Source: Candidatus Rokuibacteriota bacterium
GTDB lineage: Bacteria; Methylomirabilota; Methylomirabilia; Rokubacteriales; CSP1-6
Direction: 5' to 3'
DNA: 64,000 nt
Assembly (NCBI GenBank): GCA_003220225.1
Contig: QHRU01000045.1
Span: 2,586-66,585 of the forward strand
In this document: piece after piece, positions 8,323 through 20,163 of the stretch
How the letters are laid out: every line of letters begins with the position of its first letter
Numbering within the stretch: the stretch's first letter is position 1
Notes under the pieces: generated by a model
What the model saw: only the letters and a program-made list of their open reading frames with translations
Database searches by the model: none
Told to the model about the DNA's origin: nothing
Translations under genes and position numbers: made by a program

Positions 8323-10531
8323 CGGCGCCGACGAGCGCGAGCTCCGCGACAGCGCCGAGATGTTCGAGGCGGCGCTCGCGGAGAACCCCGCGGACCTGAC
8401 CGTGCTGGAGGCGCTCCGAGAGATCTACACGCGGCTCGGCGACATCGAGCGCCTGATGGAGACCGCCGAGCGCATCGAGCGCGTCGATCCCGATCAGGGC
8501 GCGCTCGGCGGGGGCCGTCCTCGTGCCGTCGACCCGACGCCAGCGGCGCCCATCGTCCCCGCCGCGCCGCCACGCGCGCCCGCGCGGCCGTCGATCGGCC
8601 CCGCCGTGCCGCCGCCCGCACCCGCGCGGCCGTCCATCACTTCCCCCGTGCCGCCGCCCGCACCCGCGCGGCCATCCAGCGCCCCACCGTCGATCATCAC
8701 GCCGCCGTCCCTCGTCACGGCGCCGAGCACGCCCGTCCGACTCGCCAACGCCATGCCGGCAGCGCGCTTGCCAGCATTCGAGCCGGGCAAGGCCGGCGGC
8801 GTGTCGCCGGTCCGCAAGCGCGGGAGCCGCGCGCGCATCGGCGAGCTCCTCGTCGCCGAGGGCGTGATCTCGCAGGACCAGCTCCACGAGGCGCTCCGCG
8901 AGCACCGCCGCTCGAAGGAGCGGCTCGGCTCCGTGCTGGCGCGCCGCGGCCTCGTCACCGAGGAGCGGCTGGTGGAGGTGCTCTCGAAGGAGCACGGCCT
9001 GCCGTCGGTGGACGTCCGCCAGCAGCCGGTGCCCGCGGAGATCCTGGCCCTGGTGCCCGGACACCTCGCGCGCAAGTACGAGGTGCTGCCGCTCTCGCGC
9101 GTGGACGGCGCGCTCACCCTCGCCATGTCGGACCCGACCAACGTCGTGGCCATGGACGAGATCGCCGCCACCACGCGGCTCACGGTGCTGCCGGTGGTCG
9201 CCGTCGGCGCCGCCATCCGCGCCGCGATCGAGACGCACTACGCGAAGCCGGTGATCACCTCGGGGATGGACGACGTCCTCTCCGAGCTGACCGACGCCAC
9301 CGTGGAGGTCGTCTCCGACGAGGATTCGCGGTCGACGGGCGAGGTCGTCGAGCTGCGCGACGCGGCCGACGGCGCGCCGGTGGTCAAGTTCGTGAACAAG
9401 GTGATGCTCGACGCGATCAGGCGCGGCGCCTCCGACCTGCACTGGGAGCCGTACGAGAAGGTGTTCCGCATCCGGTTCCGCATCGACGGCGTCATGCATG
9501 AGATGGTGTCGCCGCCCAAGAAGGTGGAGGCGGCGGTGATCTCGCGGCTGAAGATCATGGCCAACCTCGACATCTCGGAGCGGCGCCTGCCTCAGGACGG
9601 ACGCATCAAGCTGCGCCACGGCTCGCGCGAGATCGACTTCCGCGTGTCGATCCTGCCGACGATCTTCGGCGAGAAAGCCGTGCTCCGCATCCTCGACAAG
9701 GAGTCGCTGCAGCTCGACCTCACCAAGCTCGGCTTCGATCAGTGGAGCTTCGAGAAGTTCACCGACGCGATCCACCAGCCGTACGGCATGGTCCTGATCA
9801 CGGGGCCGACGGGCTCGGGCAAGACGACCACGCTCTACTCGGCGATCTCGACGATCAACAAGGTCGACCACAACATCATGACCGCCGAGGACCCGGTCGA
9901 GTACAACCTCAAGGGTGTCAACCAGGTGCAGGTGAACGACGGGATCGGCCGGACGTTCGCGGCCGTCCTGCGCTCCTTCCTGCGCCAGGACCCGGACGTC
10001 ATCCTCGTCGGCGAGACGCGCGACCTCGAGACCGCGCAGATCTCCGTCCGCGCGGCGCTCACGGGCCACCTCGTCTTCACGACCCTGCACACGAACGACT
10101 GCCCGTCGACGGTGGCGCGGCTGGTCGACATGGGCGTCCAGCCGTTCCTGCTCTCCTCGGCGCTGCTGCTGATGCTGGCCCAACGGCTGGGCCGGCGGAT
10201 CTGCAAGGAGTGCAAGCAGCCGGTGGAAGGCAGGGAAGAAGACCTCGTGCGCTACGGCCACGTGCCGCAGGGGCGCGGCCCCGTGATGTTCTACCGCGGC
10301 GCCGGCTGCGCGACGTGCAACTTCACCGGGATGAAGGGCCGGGTGGCGATCTACGAGGTGATGCCGATCAGCGAGACCATCCGCGACATGATCCTCGAGG
10401 ACGCCTCGACCGCGGTGCTCCGCGAGCAGGCGCAGAAGGAAGGCATGAAGACGCTGCGCCAGGCGGGCATGGCCAAGGTGCTGGAGGGCGTGACGACCGT
10501 GGAAGAGGTCGTGCGCGTGACGCTCGCATGA
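8297..10531 (+). CDS. PilB/GspE/MshE-family secretion ATPase with N-terminal extension and MshEN-type T2SSE_N domain
   Basis: Walker A GPTGSGKTTTLYS, Asp and His boxes, and a C-terminal tetracysteine (CKECK ... CATCNFTG). The T2SSE_N region carries two 24-aa motifs (RIGELLVAEGVISQDQLHEALREH and RLGSVLARRGLVTEERLVEVLSKE) separated by a 5-aa spacer. A ~170-aa N-terminal extension has an alpha-helical part and a Pro-rich part. Confidence 0.85.
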   Translation: MRSGSGPRNGADERELRDSAEMFEAALAENPADLTVLEALREIYTRLGDIERLMETAERIERVDPDQGALGGGRPRAVDPTPAAPIVPAAPPRAPARPSIGPAVPPPAPARPSITSPVPPPAPARPSSAPPSIITPPSLVTAPSTPVRLANAMPAARLPAFEPGKAGGVSPVRKRGSRARIGELLVAEGVISQDQLHEALREHRRSKERLGSVLARRGLVTEERLVEVLSKEHGLPSVDVRQQPVPAEILALVPGHLARKYEVLPLSRVDGALTLAMSDPTNVVAMDEIAATTRLTVLPVVAVGAAIRAAIETHYAKPVITSGMDDVLSELTDATVEVVSDEDSRSTGEVVELRDAADGAPVVKFVNKVMLDAIRRGASDLHWEPYEKVFRIRFRIDGVMHEMVSPPKKVEAAVISRLKIMANLDISERRLPQDGRIKLRHGSREIDFRVSILPTIFGEKAVLRILDKESLQLDLTKLGFDQWSFEKFTDAIHQPYGMVLITGPTGSGKTTTLYSAISTINKVDHNIMTAEDPVEYNLKGVNQVQVNDGIGRTFAAVLRSFLRQDPDVILVGETRDLETAQISVRAALTGHLVFTTLHTNDCPSTVARLVDMGVQPFLLSSALLLMLAQRLGRRICKECKQPVEGREEDLVRYGHVPQGRGPVMFYRGAGCATCNFTGMKGRVAIYEVMPISETIRDMILEDASTAVLREQAQKEGMKTLRQAGMAKVLEGVTTVEEVVRVTLA

Positions 10532-10544
10532 GGGCAGGGGCGTC

Positions 10545-11384
10545 GTGAGGTTGTGGGCGTCGCGCGGCGGGCGCGAGCCGCAGACGGTACCGGAGGCGCT
10601 CCGGCGCGCGGAGCAGCGGCGGCGCGAGGGCCGTGATGCCGAGGCGGCGGCGCTCGTGGCGCGCGTGCTCGAGCTCGATCCCGACAACCTCCACGCGCAC
10701 CTGCTCGCCGCCTACTTGCACGTCGCGCGCCGCGCCACCGCGCCCGCGAGGCAGGAGTTCCGCTGGGTGCTGGGACACGACGCCAACCACGCGCGCGCCC
10801 TGCTCGGGCTCGCGGGCATCGCGCTCGAGGAGGGCGACGCGCACGAGTGCCGCGACTTGCTGCGGCGCGCGCTGCGCTTCTATCCCGAATTCCCCGAGGC
10901 GACCGCGCTGTTGGAGGCCGTTCGGACGCGCGAAGCGGCGCCGCCGCCGGCGGCGAACGCAACCGCGGCGCCGCGCGTGGACCGGCTGCGGCTGCCGGGC
11001 ACGGGCCGCGCGCTGATCATCGGACGCGCCGACGGCGGGCTGATCGCGTCGCAGCCCGTGGCCGACGACGCCAAGGACGTCTCGGAGGCGCTGGCCCGCA
11101 CGCTGCAGCTGGCGGCGGCCACGCTCGGGCGCGCCGGCCTGGGCCCGCTCCACCGTGCCATCGTCGAGGACGACCACGACGCCGTCTTCACGCGCACCGA
11201 CGGCGATCTCGTCGTCTCGCTCGCACTGCCGCGCGCGACCGATCCGACCCAAGGGCTGCTCGACCTGAATCGACTGTGGTCCGCCACGCTGCACGAACTG
11301 GGATTGGCCGCCGGGCCGCCGGCCGCTGCGCCCTCTTCCACGCCGGCTGACACGCCGGTCGACCGGACCAGGAGGGTTTCATGA
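10545..11384 (+). CDS. TPR-repeat protein fused to a C-terminal roadblock-like domain
   Basis: GTG start at 10545, 14 nt after the ATPase stop. N-terminal TPR-like helices (DAEAAALVARVLELDPDNLHAHLLAAYLHV ...). C-terminal ~110 aa is roadblock-like (GRALIIGRADGGLIASQ ... AIVEDDHDAVFTRTDGDLVVSLAL). Confidence 0.55.
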   Translation: MRLWASRGGREPQTVPEALRRAEQRRREGRDAEAAALVARVLELDPDNLHAHLLAAYLHVARRATAPARQEFRWVLGHDANHARALLGLAGIALEEGDAHECRDLLRRALRFYPEFPEATALLEAVRTREAAPPPAANATAAPRVDRLRLPGTGRALIIGRADGGLIASQPVADDAKDVSEALARTLQLAAATLGRAGLGPLHRAIVEDDHDAVFTRTDGDLVVSLALPRATDPTQGLLDLNRLWSATLHELGLAAGPPAAAPSSTPADTPVDRTRRVS

Positions 11385-11800
11385 GCGGACCACGCCTCAA
11401 GCTCGCGCTCGAGTACGACAGCACCTCGCGGGGCCGCCACGTGCGGGACATCGTCTCGGAGCTGAAGCGGCAGCACTGGGTGCGCGGCGCCCTCATCGTC
11501 GCGGCGGACGGCTTCGTCATCGCCGCCGAGCTGCCCGGCACGATCGAGGTCGATTCCATGGCGGCGCTCGCCGCCACCCTCGGCCGCGAGCTGGAGACGA
11601 GCGCGCAGCGTCTGGGGCGGCCGTCGTTCTGCACCGCCCTGTTCTCGGCCGACGACGGGACGATGTTCCTGGCCGCCAGCCGCATCGGCTATCTGGTGGT
11701 CCTCGCCGAGCAGCAGGTGAACGTGCAGGCCATCCGCGGCGCCCTCGCCGAGGCCGTGTCGCTGATCGACGCCGCATGGGCGGGCGAGGCGGCGGGCTAG
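11381..11800 (+). CDS. Stand-alone roadblock/LC7 domain protein
   Basis: ATGA overlap with the upstream gene. The protein is 139 aa with the pattern WVRGALIVAADGFVIAAELPG ... GTMFLAASRIGYLVVLAE. Stop TAG at 11798-11800. Confidence 0.65.
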   Translation: MSGPRLKLALEYDSTSRGRHVRDIVSELKRQHWVRGALIVAADGFVIAAELPGTIEVDSMAALAATLGRELETSAQRLGRPSFCTALFSADDGTMFLAASRIGYLVVLAEQQVNVQAIRGALAEAVSLIDAAWAGEAAG

Positions 11801-11853
11801 AACCTCGGAGGGGGCCTGGAACCTCGGAGGGGGCCTGGACGGCCCCCTCCGAT
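11801..11853. terminator. Tandem 19-nt duplication ending in a perfect 12-bp stem / 5-nt loop hairpin between convergent genes
   Basis: aacctcggagggggcctgg occurs at 11801-11819 and 11820-11838. tcggagggggcc (11824-11835) pairs perfectly with ggccccctccga (11841-11852). There is no U-run. Confidence 0.4.
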
Positions 11854-11873
11854 GCCTACGGGATAACGAGGGC

Positions 11874-11940
11874 CGCCACGGCTGCGCCGGGGCGGCCCGA
11901 GCGCTTGGGGGGTATGGGGGGCCATGTCGGGGCCCCCCAT
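11874..11940. repeat. REP/MITE-like palindromic intergenic element, copy A (tail + hairpin orientation)
   Basis: gccacggctgcgccggggcggcccgagcgcttggggggtatggggggccatgtcggggcccccca. It is homologous to copies at 23105, 30396, 32013 and 51372. Confidence 0.6.
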
Positions 11941-11943
11941 TTA

Positions 11944-12661
11944 CTAGACGGCCGCGGCGGCGATTTCCGAGAGGATGGCGGCCGCCGCCGCCCTGGGATC
12001 CGGCACGGCGGTGATCGGACGGCCGACCACGATCGCGTCGGCGCCCGCCCTGATCGCATCGGCCGGCGTCGCGACGCGCTTTTGATCGTCGACGCGCTCG
12101 GCGGGCCGGATCCCGGGCGTGACGATCACCCACCGCGGGCCCAGCGCGCGTCGCAGGAGCCGGATCTCCTGCGGGGAGGCCACGCAGCCGTCGAGCCCGG
12201 CCTCGCGCGCGCGCTCGGCGAGCCGCAGCACGTGCGCCTCCACGTTGGCGACGACCCCGACCTCCTCGAGGCCCTTGCGGTCGAGGCTCGTCAGCACCGT
12301 CACGCCGAGGCAGATCGGCCGCGCGACGCCGAAGTCCTTCGCCGCCTTGCCCGCGGCCTCCGCGGCCGCCCGCATCATCGCGCCGCCGCCGCCGGCGTGG
12401 ACGTCGAGCATCGCCACCCCGATGCGCGTCGCCTCGCGCACGGCGCCGGCGACGGTGTTCGGGATGTCGTGAAATTTCAGATCGAGGAACACGGGGAACC
12501 CGCGCTTGAGCGCGGTCTCGACGGCGGCGGGCCCGGCGGCCGTGAACAGCTGCGAGCCGATCTTGGCGCCCATCGTCTCGGGCGGTCCGGCCCCGGCCAG
12601 CCGCTCGAGGAGCCCGTCGGCCTCCTTCAGCGTCTCCACGTCGAGGGCGACCCAGAGCCGC

Positions 12662-12669
<8 letters not shown>
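11944..12669 (-). CDS. pyrF: Orotidine 5'-phosphate decarboxylase
   Basis: Translation motifs [10 protein letters not shown] and IVGRPI. The protein is 241 aa. Confidence 0.85.
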
Positions 12670-15865
<3,196 letters not shown>

Positions 15866-15868
15866 CCG

Positions 15869-16135
15869 CTACTCTTCCACCAGCCCGTAGACGATCGAGG
15901 TGTCCGGCGCCGCCTCCTCACGCTTGTAGAGGACATCATCGATGCGGCCCGCTCCGACCCAGACCACCTGGCTGTCTCCCCACAGCTGCTCGCCCAGCAC
16001 GCTCATGCGGCGCTCGACGCGCTCCTTGATCGCGTGCGCCTCCAGCGAGGCCTCGCTCTGCGTGGTGAACGACGCCCACTCGGGCTTCTGTCCTGCGCTC
16101 TCGACCTTGCGGTACGAGATCAAGTATTTGGGCAT
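15869..16135 (-). CDS. Small hypothetical protein (88 aa) encoded between carA and carB
   Basis: ATG at 16135 lies 7 nt downstream of the carA stop. A GGAGG Shine-Dalgarno sits 10 nt upstream, embedded in the carA 3' end. The stop lies 4 nt before the carB start. G+C is lower than its neighbours. Confidence 0.4.
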   Translation of the reverse strand: MPKYLISYRKVESAGQKPEWASFTTQSEASLEAHAIKERVERRMSVLGEQLWGDSQVVWVGAGRIDDVLYKREEAAPDTSIVYGLVEE

Positions 16136-16141
16136 GGAAGA

Positions 16142-17272
16142 TCAGCCTCCTTCCATCAGATCCGTGAAGCGGTGGAACAGGTAGTTCGCGTCGTGCGGAC
16201 CCGGCGAGGCCTCGGGATGGTACTGCACGCAGAACACGGGCAGCTCCGCGTGGCGCAGGCCCTCACACGTTCCATCGTTGAGGTTGACGTGGGACGGCTC
16301 CCAGCCGCGGCCGGCGAGCGACGCCGGGTCGACGGCGAAGCCGTGGTTCTGCGAGGTGATCTCCACGCGCCCGGTCGCGAGGTCGCGCACCGGATGGTTG
16401 GCGCCGTGGTGGCCGAACGGCAGCTTGTACGTGCGGCCGCCGGCGGCGAGCCCGATGATCTGGTGACCGAGGCAGATGCCGAAGACGGGCACGCGCCCGA
16501 GCAGCGCGCGCACGCTGTCGATCAAGTACGGCACGCCTTCCGGATCGCCGGGGCCGTTCGAGAGAAACACGCCGTGGGGCTTGCGCTCCAGCACGGCCTC
16601 GGCCGGCGTGCCGGCCGGAACGACCGTGACGTCGCAGCCGGCCGTGCGGAGCTGGCGCAGGATGTTGAACTTGATGCCCGCGTCGAAGGCGACGACGTTG
16701 AAGCGCGCGGGCGGCGGCGGGCGATAGCCCTTCGCGAGATCCCACTCGCCCGTCTTCCACGTGAACGGCTCCGCCGCCGTCACCTCGGCCACGAGGTCGC
16801 GGCCCACCAGCCCGGGCAGCGCTCGCGCCTTGTCGCGCAGGCGGTCGACGTCGAGATCGGCGGACGAGATGATGCCGTCCTGCGCGCCCGCATCGCGCAG
16901 GTGGCGCGTCAGCGCGCGCGTGTCGATGCCCTGCAGCCCGACGAGGCCGTGCGTCTTCAGATAGGCGTCGAGGCTCACGCGGCCGCGCCACGACGAGGGG
17001 CAGACGGAGGCCTCCTTGACGATCAGGCCGTTCGCCCACGGCCGGTGCGACTCCACGTCTTCCTCGTTGAGGCCGTAGTTGCCGATCATCGGATAGGTCA
17101 TGGTCACGATCTGCCCGCGATACGACGGATCCGTGAGGATCTCCTGGTAGCCGGACATGGCCGTGTTGAAGATGACCTCGCCGTCGGTCTCCCCCACGGC
17201 GCCGAGCGCGCGGCCGCGGAAGACGCGCCCGTCGCGCAGCACGAGCACGGCCTCCCTCATTTCGGCGGGCAT
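16142..17272 (-). CDS. carA: Carbamoyl-phosphate synthase small subunit (glutamine amidotransferase)
   Basis: The internal start [15 protein letters not shown] was chosen; the ORF-track frame extends further upstream. The translation has a GATase class I region (GICLGHQ ... HGANHPV). Confidence 0.9.
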   Translation of the reverse strand: MPAEMREAVLVLRDGRVFRGRALGAVGETDGEVIFNTAMSGYQEILTDPSYRGQIVTMTYPMIGNYGLNEEDVESHRPWANGLIVKEASVCPSSWRGRVSLDAYLKTHGLVGLQGIDTRALTRHLRDAGAQDGIISSADLDVDRLRDKARALPGLVGRDLVAEVTAAEPFTWKTGEWDLAKGYRPPPPARFNVVAFDAGIKFNILRQLRTAGCDVTVVPAGTPAEAVLERKPHGVFLSNGPGDPEGVPYLIDSVRALLGRVPVFGICLGHQIIGLAAGGRTYKLPFGHHGANHPVRDLATGRVEITSQNHGFAVDPASLAGRGWEPSHVNLNDGTCEGLRHAELPVFCVQYHPEASPGPHDANYLFHRFTDLMEGG

Positions 17273-18567
17273 TCCCACACGACCTTTCCGGCCACGATCG
17301 TCTTCCACGGCCGGCCCGTCGCCGCCCAGCCCGCGAACGGCGTGTTGCGGCTCTTCGACTTGAACCGCGCGGGATCGATCGTCACCGCGCCGTCGGGATC
17401 GATCAGCGTCAGGTCGGCCGGCGCGCCGGCGCCCAGACTGCCGCCCGGCAGGCGCAGCAGCCGCGCGGGGTCCCTCGACAGGCGTGACACCAGGGTGGCC
17501 ACGGAGAGCCGGCCCGGCCTCACGAGCCGATCGATGAGCACGGTGACGGCGGTTTCCAGCCCGACGACGCCGTTGGCGGCGTGATCGAACTCGCCTTCCT
17601 TCTCGCTCAGCGCGTGGGGCGCGTGATCGGTGGCCACGCAGTCGATGGTGCCGTCGACGAGCGCCTCGAGCAGCGCCTCCGCGTCGCGCGTGCTCCGCAG
17701 CGGCGGCGCCATCTTCGTGTTCGCATCCCACGAGCGCACCGCGTCTTCGGTGAGGAGCAGGTGATGCGGCGTGACTTCCGCCGTCACGCGCACCCCGCGC
17801 GCCTTCGCGTCGCGCACGAGCCGGACGGCTCCCGCCGTCGAGAGGTGCGCGATGTGCACGTGAGCGCCCGTCAGCTCCGCCAACAGGAGATCGCGCGCCA
17901 CCATCACGTCCTCGGCCGCGGCGGGGATGCCCTGCAGGCCGAGCTCGGTGGACACGACGCCCTCGTGCATGCTGCCGGCGTGCGCGAGCGTATGGTCCTC
18001 GGCGTGGCTGATGACCGGCGCCCCGAAGGGCAGGGTGTACTCCATGGCGCGGCGGTAGAGCTCGGCGTTCATCACGCACTTCCCGTCATCGGAGAAGGCC
18101 ACGCAACCCGCCTCGGCCAGCTCCGCCAGCTCCGCCAGCTCCTTGCCCTCGAGCCCGCGCGTGACCGCGCCGATCGGGTACACGCGCACCACGCCCTCGC
18201 TCTCCGCTTTCGCGCGGATGTAGTCGGTCACGGCGCGGTTGTCGTTCACGGGCTGCGTGTTGGCCATGCAGCAGACGGCCGTGAAGCCGCCCGCCGCCGC
18301 CGCGCGGGTGCCGCTGGCGATCGTCTCCTTGTACTCGTGGCCGGGCTCGCGCAGGTGCACGTGCATGTCGATGAAGCCGGGGCACACCCACATGCCGGCG
18401 GCGTCGATCACCGCGGCGCCCTGGGGCACCGCGAGCTTGGCGCCCACGCGCGCGATCTTGCCGTTCTCGACCAGCACGTCCTGGACGCCGTCCACCGAGC
18501 CGGCGGGATCGATCACGCGCCCACCGCGGATCAGCAGCGTCATCGGGAGATGCCTCTCCGGGGTCAT
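17257..18567 (-). CDS. pyrC: Dihydroorotase
   Basis: The protein is 436 aa with the motifs [10 protein letters not shown] and VATDHAPH. Confidence 0.9.
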   Translation of the reverse strand: MTPERHLPMTLLIRGGRVIDPAGSVDGVQDVLVENGKIARVGAKLAVPQGAAVIDAAGMWVCPGFIDMHVHLREPGHEYKETIASGTRAAAAGGFTAVCCMANTQPVNDNRAVTDYIRAKAESEGVVRVYPIGAVTRGLEGKELAELAELAEAGCVAFSDDGKCVMNAELYRRAMEYTLPFGAPVISHAEDHTLAHAGSMHEGVVSTELGLQGIPAAAEDVMVARDLLLAELTGAHVHIAHLSTAGAVRLVRDAKARGVRVTAEVTPHHLLLTEDAVRSWDANTKMAPPLRSTRDAEALLEALVDGTIDCVATDHAPHALSEKEGEFDHAANGVVGLETAVTVLIDRLVRPGRLSVATLVSRLSRDPARLLRLPGGSLGAGAPADLTLIDPDGAVTIDPARFKSKSRNTPFAGWAATGRPWKTIVAGKVVWECPPK

Positions 18568-19508
18568 TGGGCCTGCGCCTCCCCGCTCCGGCCGCCGGCG
18601 AGCAGCAGGAGCACCGCCATGCGCACCGCCACACCCTTGGAGACCTGGTCGAGGATCACCGAGTACGGCCCGTCGGCGACTTCCGGCGACAGCTCGACGC
18701 CACGATTCACGGGTCCGGGATGCATGATCAGCACGTCGGGCCGCGCGTGGGCGGCGAGCCGGTCGAGCGTGAGGCCCCAGTAGCGCGAATACTCGCGCAG
18801 CGACGGGATGAGGCCGGCATGCATCCGCTCCTGTTGCAGGCGCAGCATCATGATCACGTCCACGTCACGGATCGCGTCCTCCAGCCGGTAGCTGACCTTG
18901 CAGCCGAGCTCCTGCGCGTAGGGCGGGATCAGCGTCGGCGGCCCCGCCACCGTGACGGTCATGCCCAGCTTCTTCATGCCGTGGATGTTGGAGCGCGCGA
19001 CCCGGCTGTGCGCGATGTCGCCGACGATGGCCACGCTGAGCCCCTCGAAGTGGCCCTTCTTCTCGCGGATCGTCAGCAGGTCGAGGAGCGCTTGGGTGGG
19101 ATGCTCGTGAGCGCCGTCGCCCGCGTTGACGATCGAGCAGGACAGCTCGCGCGCGAGCAGGGCGGGCGCGCCCGAGGACGAGTGCCGCACCACGACCACG
19201 TCGGGGCTCATGGCCGCGATGTTGCGCGCGGTGTCCACGAACGACTCGCCCTTGGCCGCGCTGGAGCCCGTCGCGGAGAAGTTGATGACGTCGGCCGACA
19301 GCCACTTGCCCGCGATCTCGAACGACGTCCGCGTGCGCGTGGAGTTCTCGTAGAACAGGTTCACCACGGTCTTGCCGCGCAGCGCGGGGACCTTCTTGAT
19401 CTCGCGCGTGGCGATCTCCTGCAGCGAGGCCGCCGTGTCCACGAGCGTGAGGATCTCGGCCGCCTCCAGCTCGCGAATGGTCAGGAGATCCTTGCGGGTC
19501 CAGCCCAT
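18564..19508 (-). CDS. pyrB: Aspartate carbamoyltransferase catalytic subunit
   Basis: Motifs STRTR and HPTQ. The protein is 314 aa. Confidence 0.9.
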   Translation of the reverse strand: MGWTRKDLLTIRELEAAEILTLVDTAASLQEIATREIKKVPALRGKTVVNLFYENSTRTRTSFEIAGKWLSADVINFSATGSSAAKGESFVDTARNIAAMSPDVVVVRHSSSGAPALLARELSCSIVNAGDGAHEHPTQALLDLLTIREKKGHFEGLSVAIVGDIAHSRVARSNIHGMKKLGMTVTVAGPPTLIPPYAQELGCKVSYRLEDAIRDVDVIMMLRLQQERMHAGLIPSLREYSRYWGLTLDRLAAHARPDVLIMHPGPVNRGVELSPEVADGPYSVILDQVSKGVAVRMAVLLLLAGGRSGEAQAQ

Positions 19509-19510
19509 GC

Positions 19511-20163
<653 letters not shown>

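Noticed and set aside
16142-18079. 645-aa ORF-track call for carA with a ~270-aa Arg-rich N-terminal extension
   Set aside because: The extension overlaps pyrC on the same strand and is low complexity. The internal Met (MPAEMREAV…) gives a normal ~376-aa CarA.
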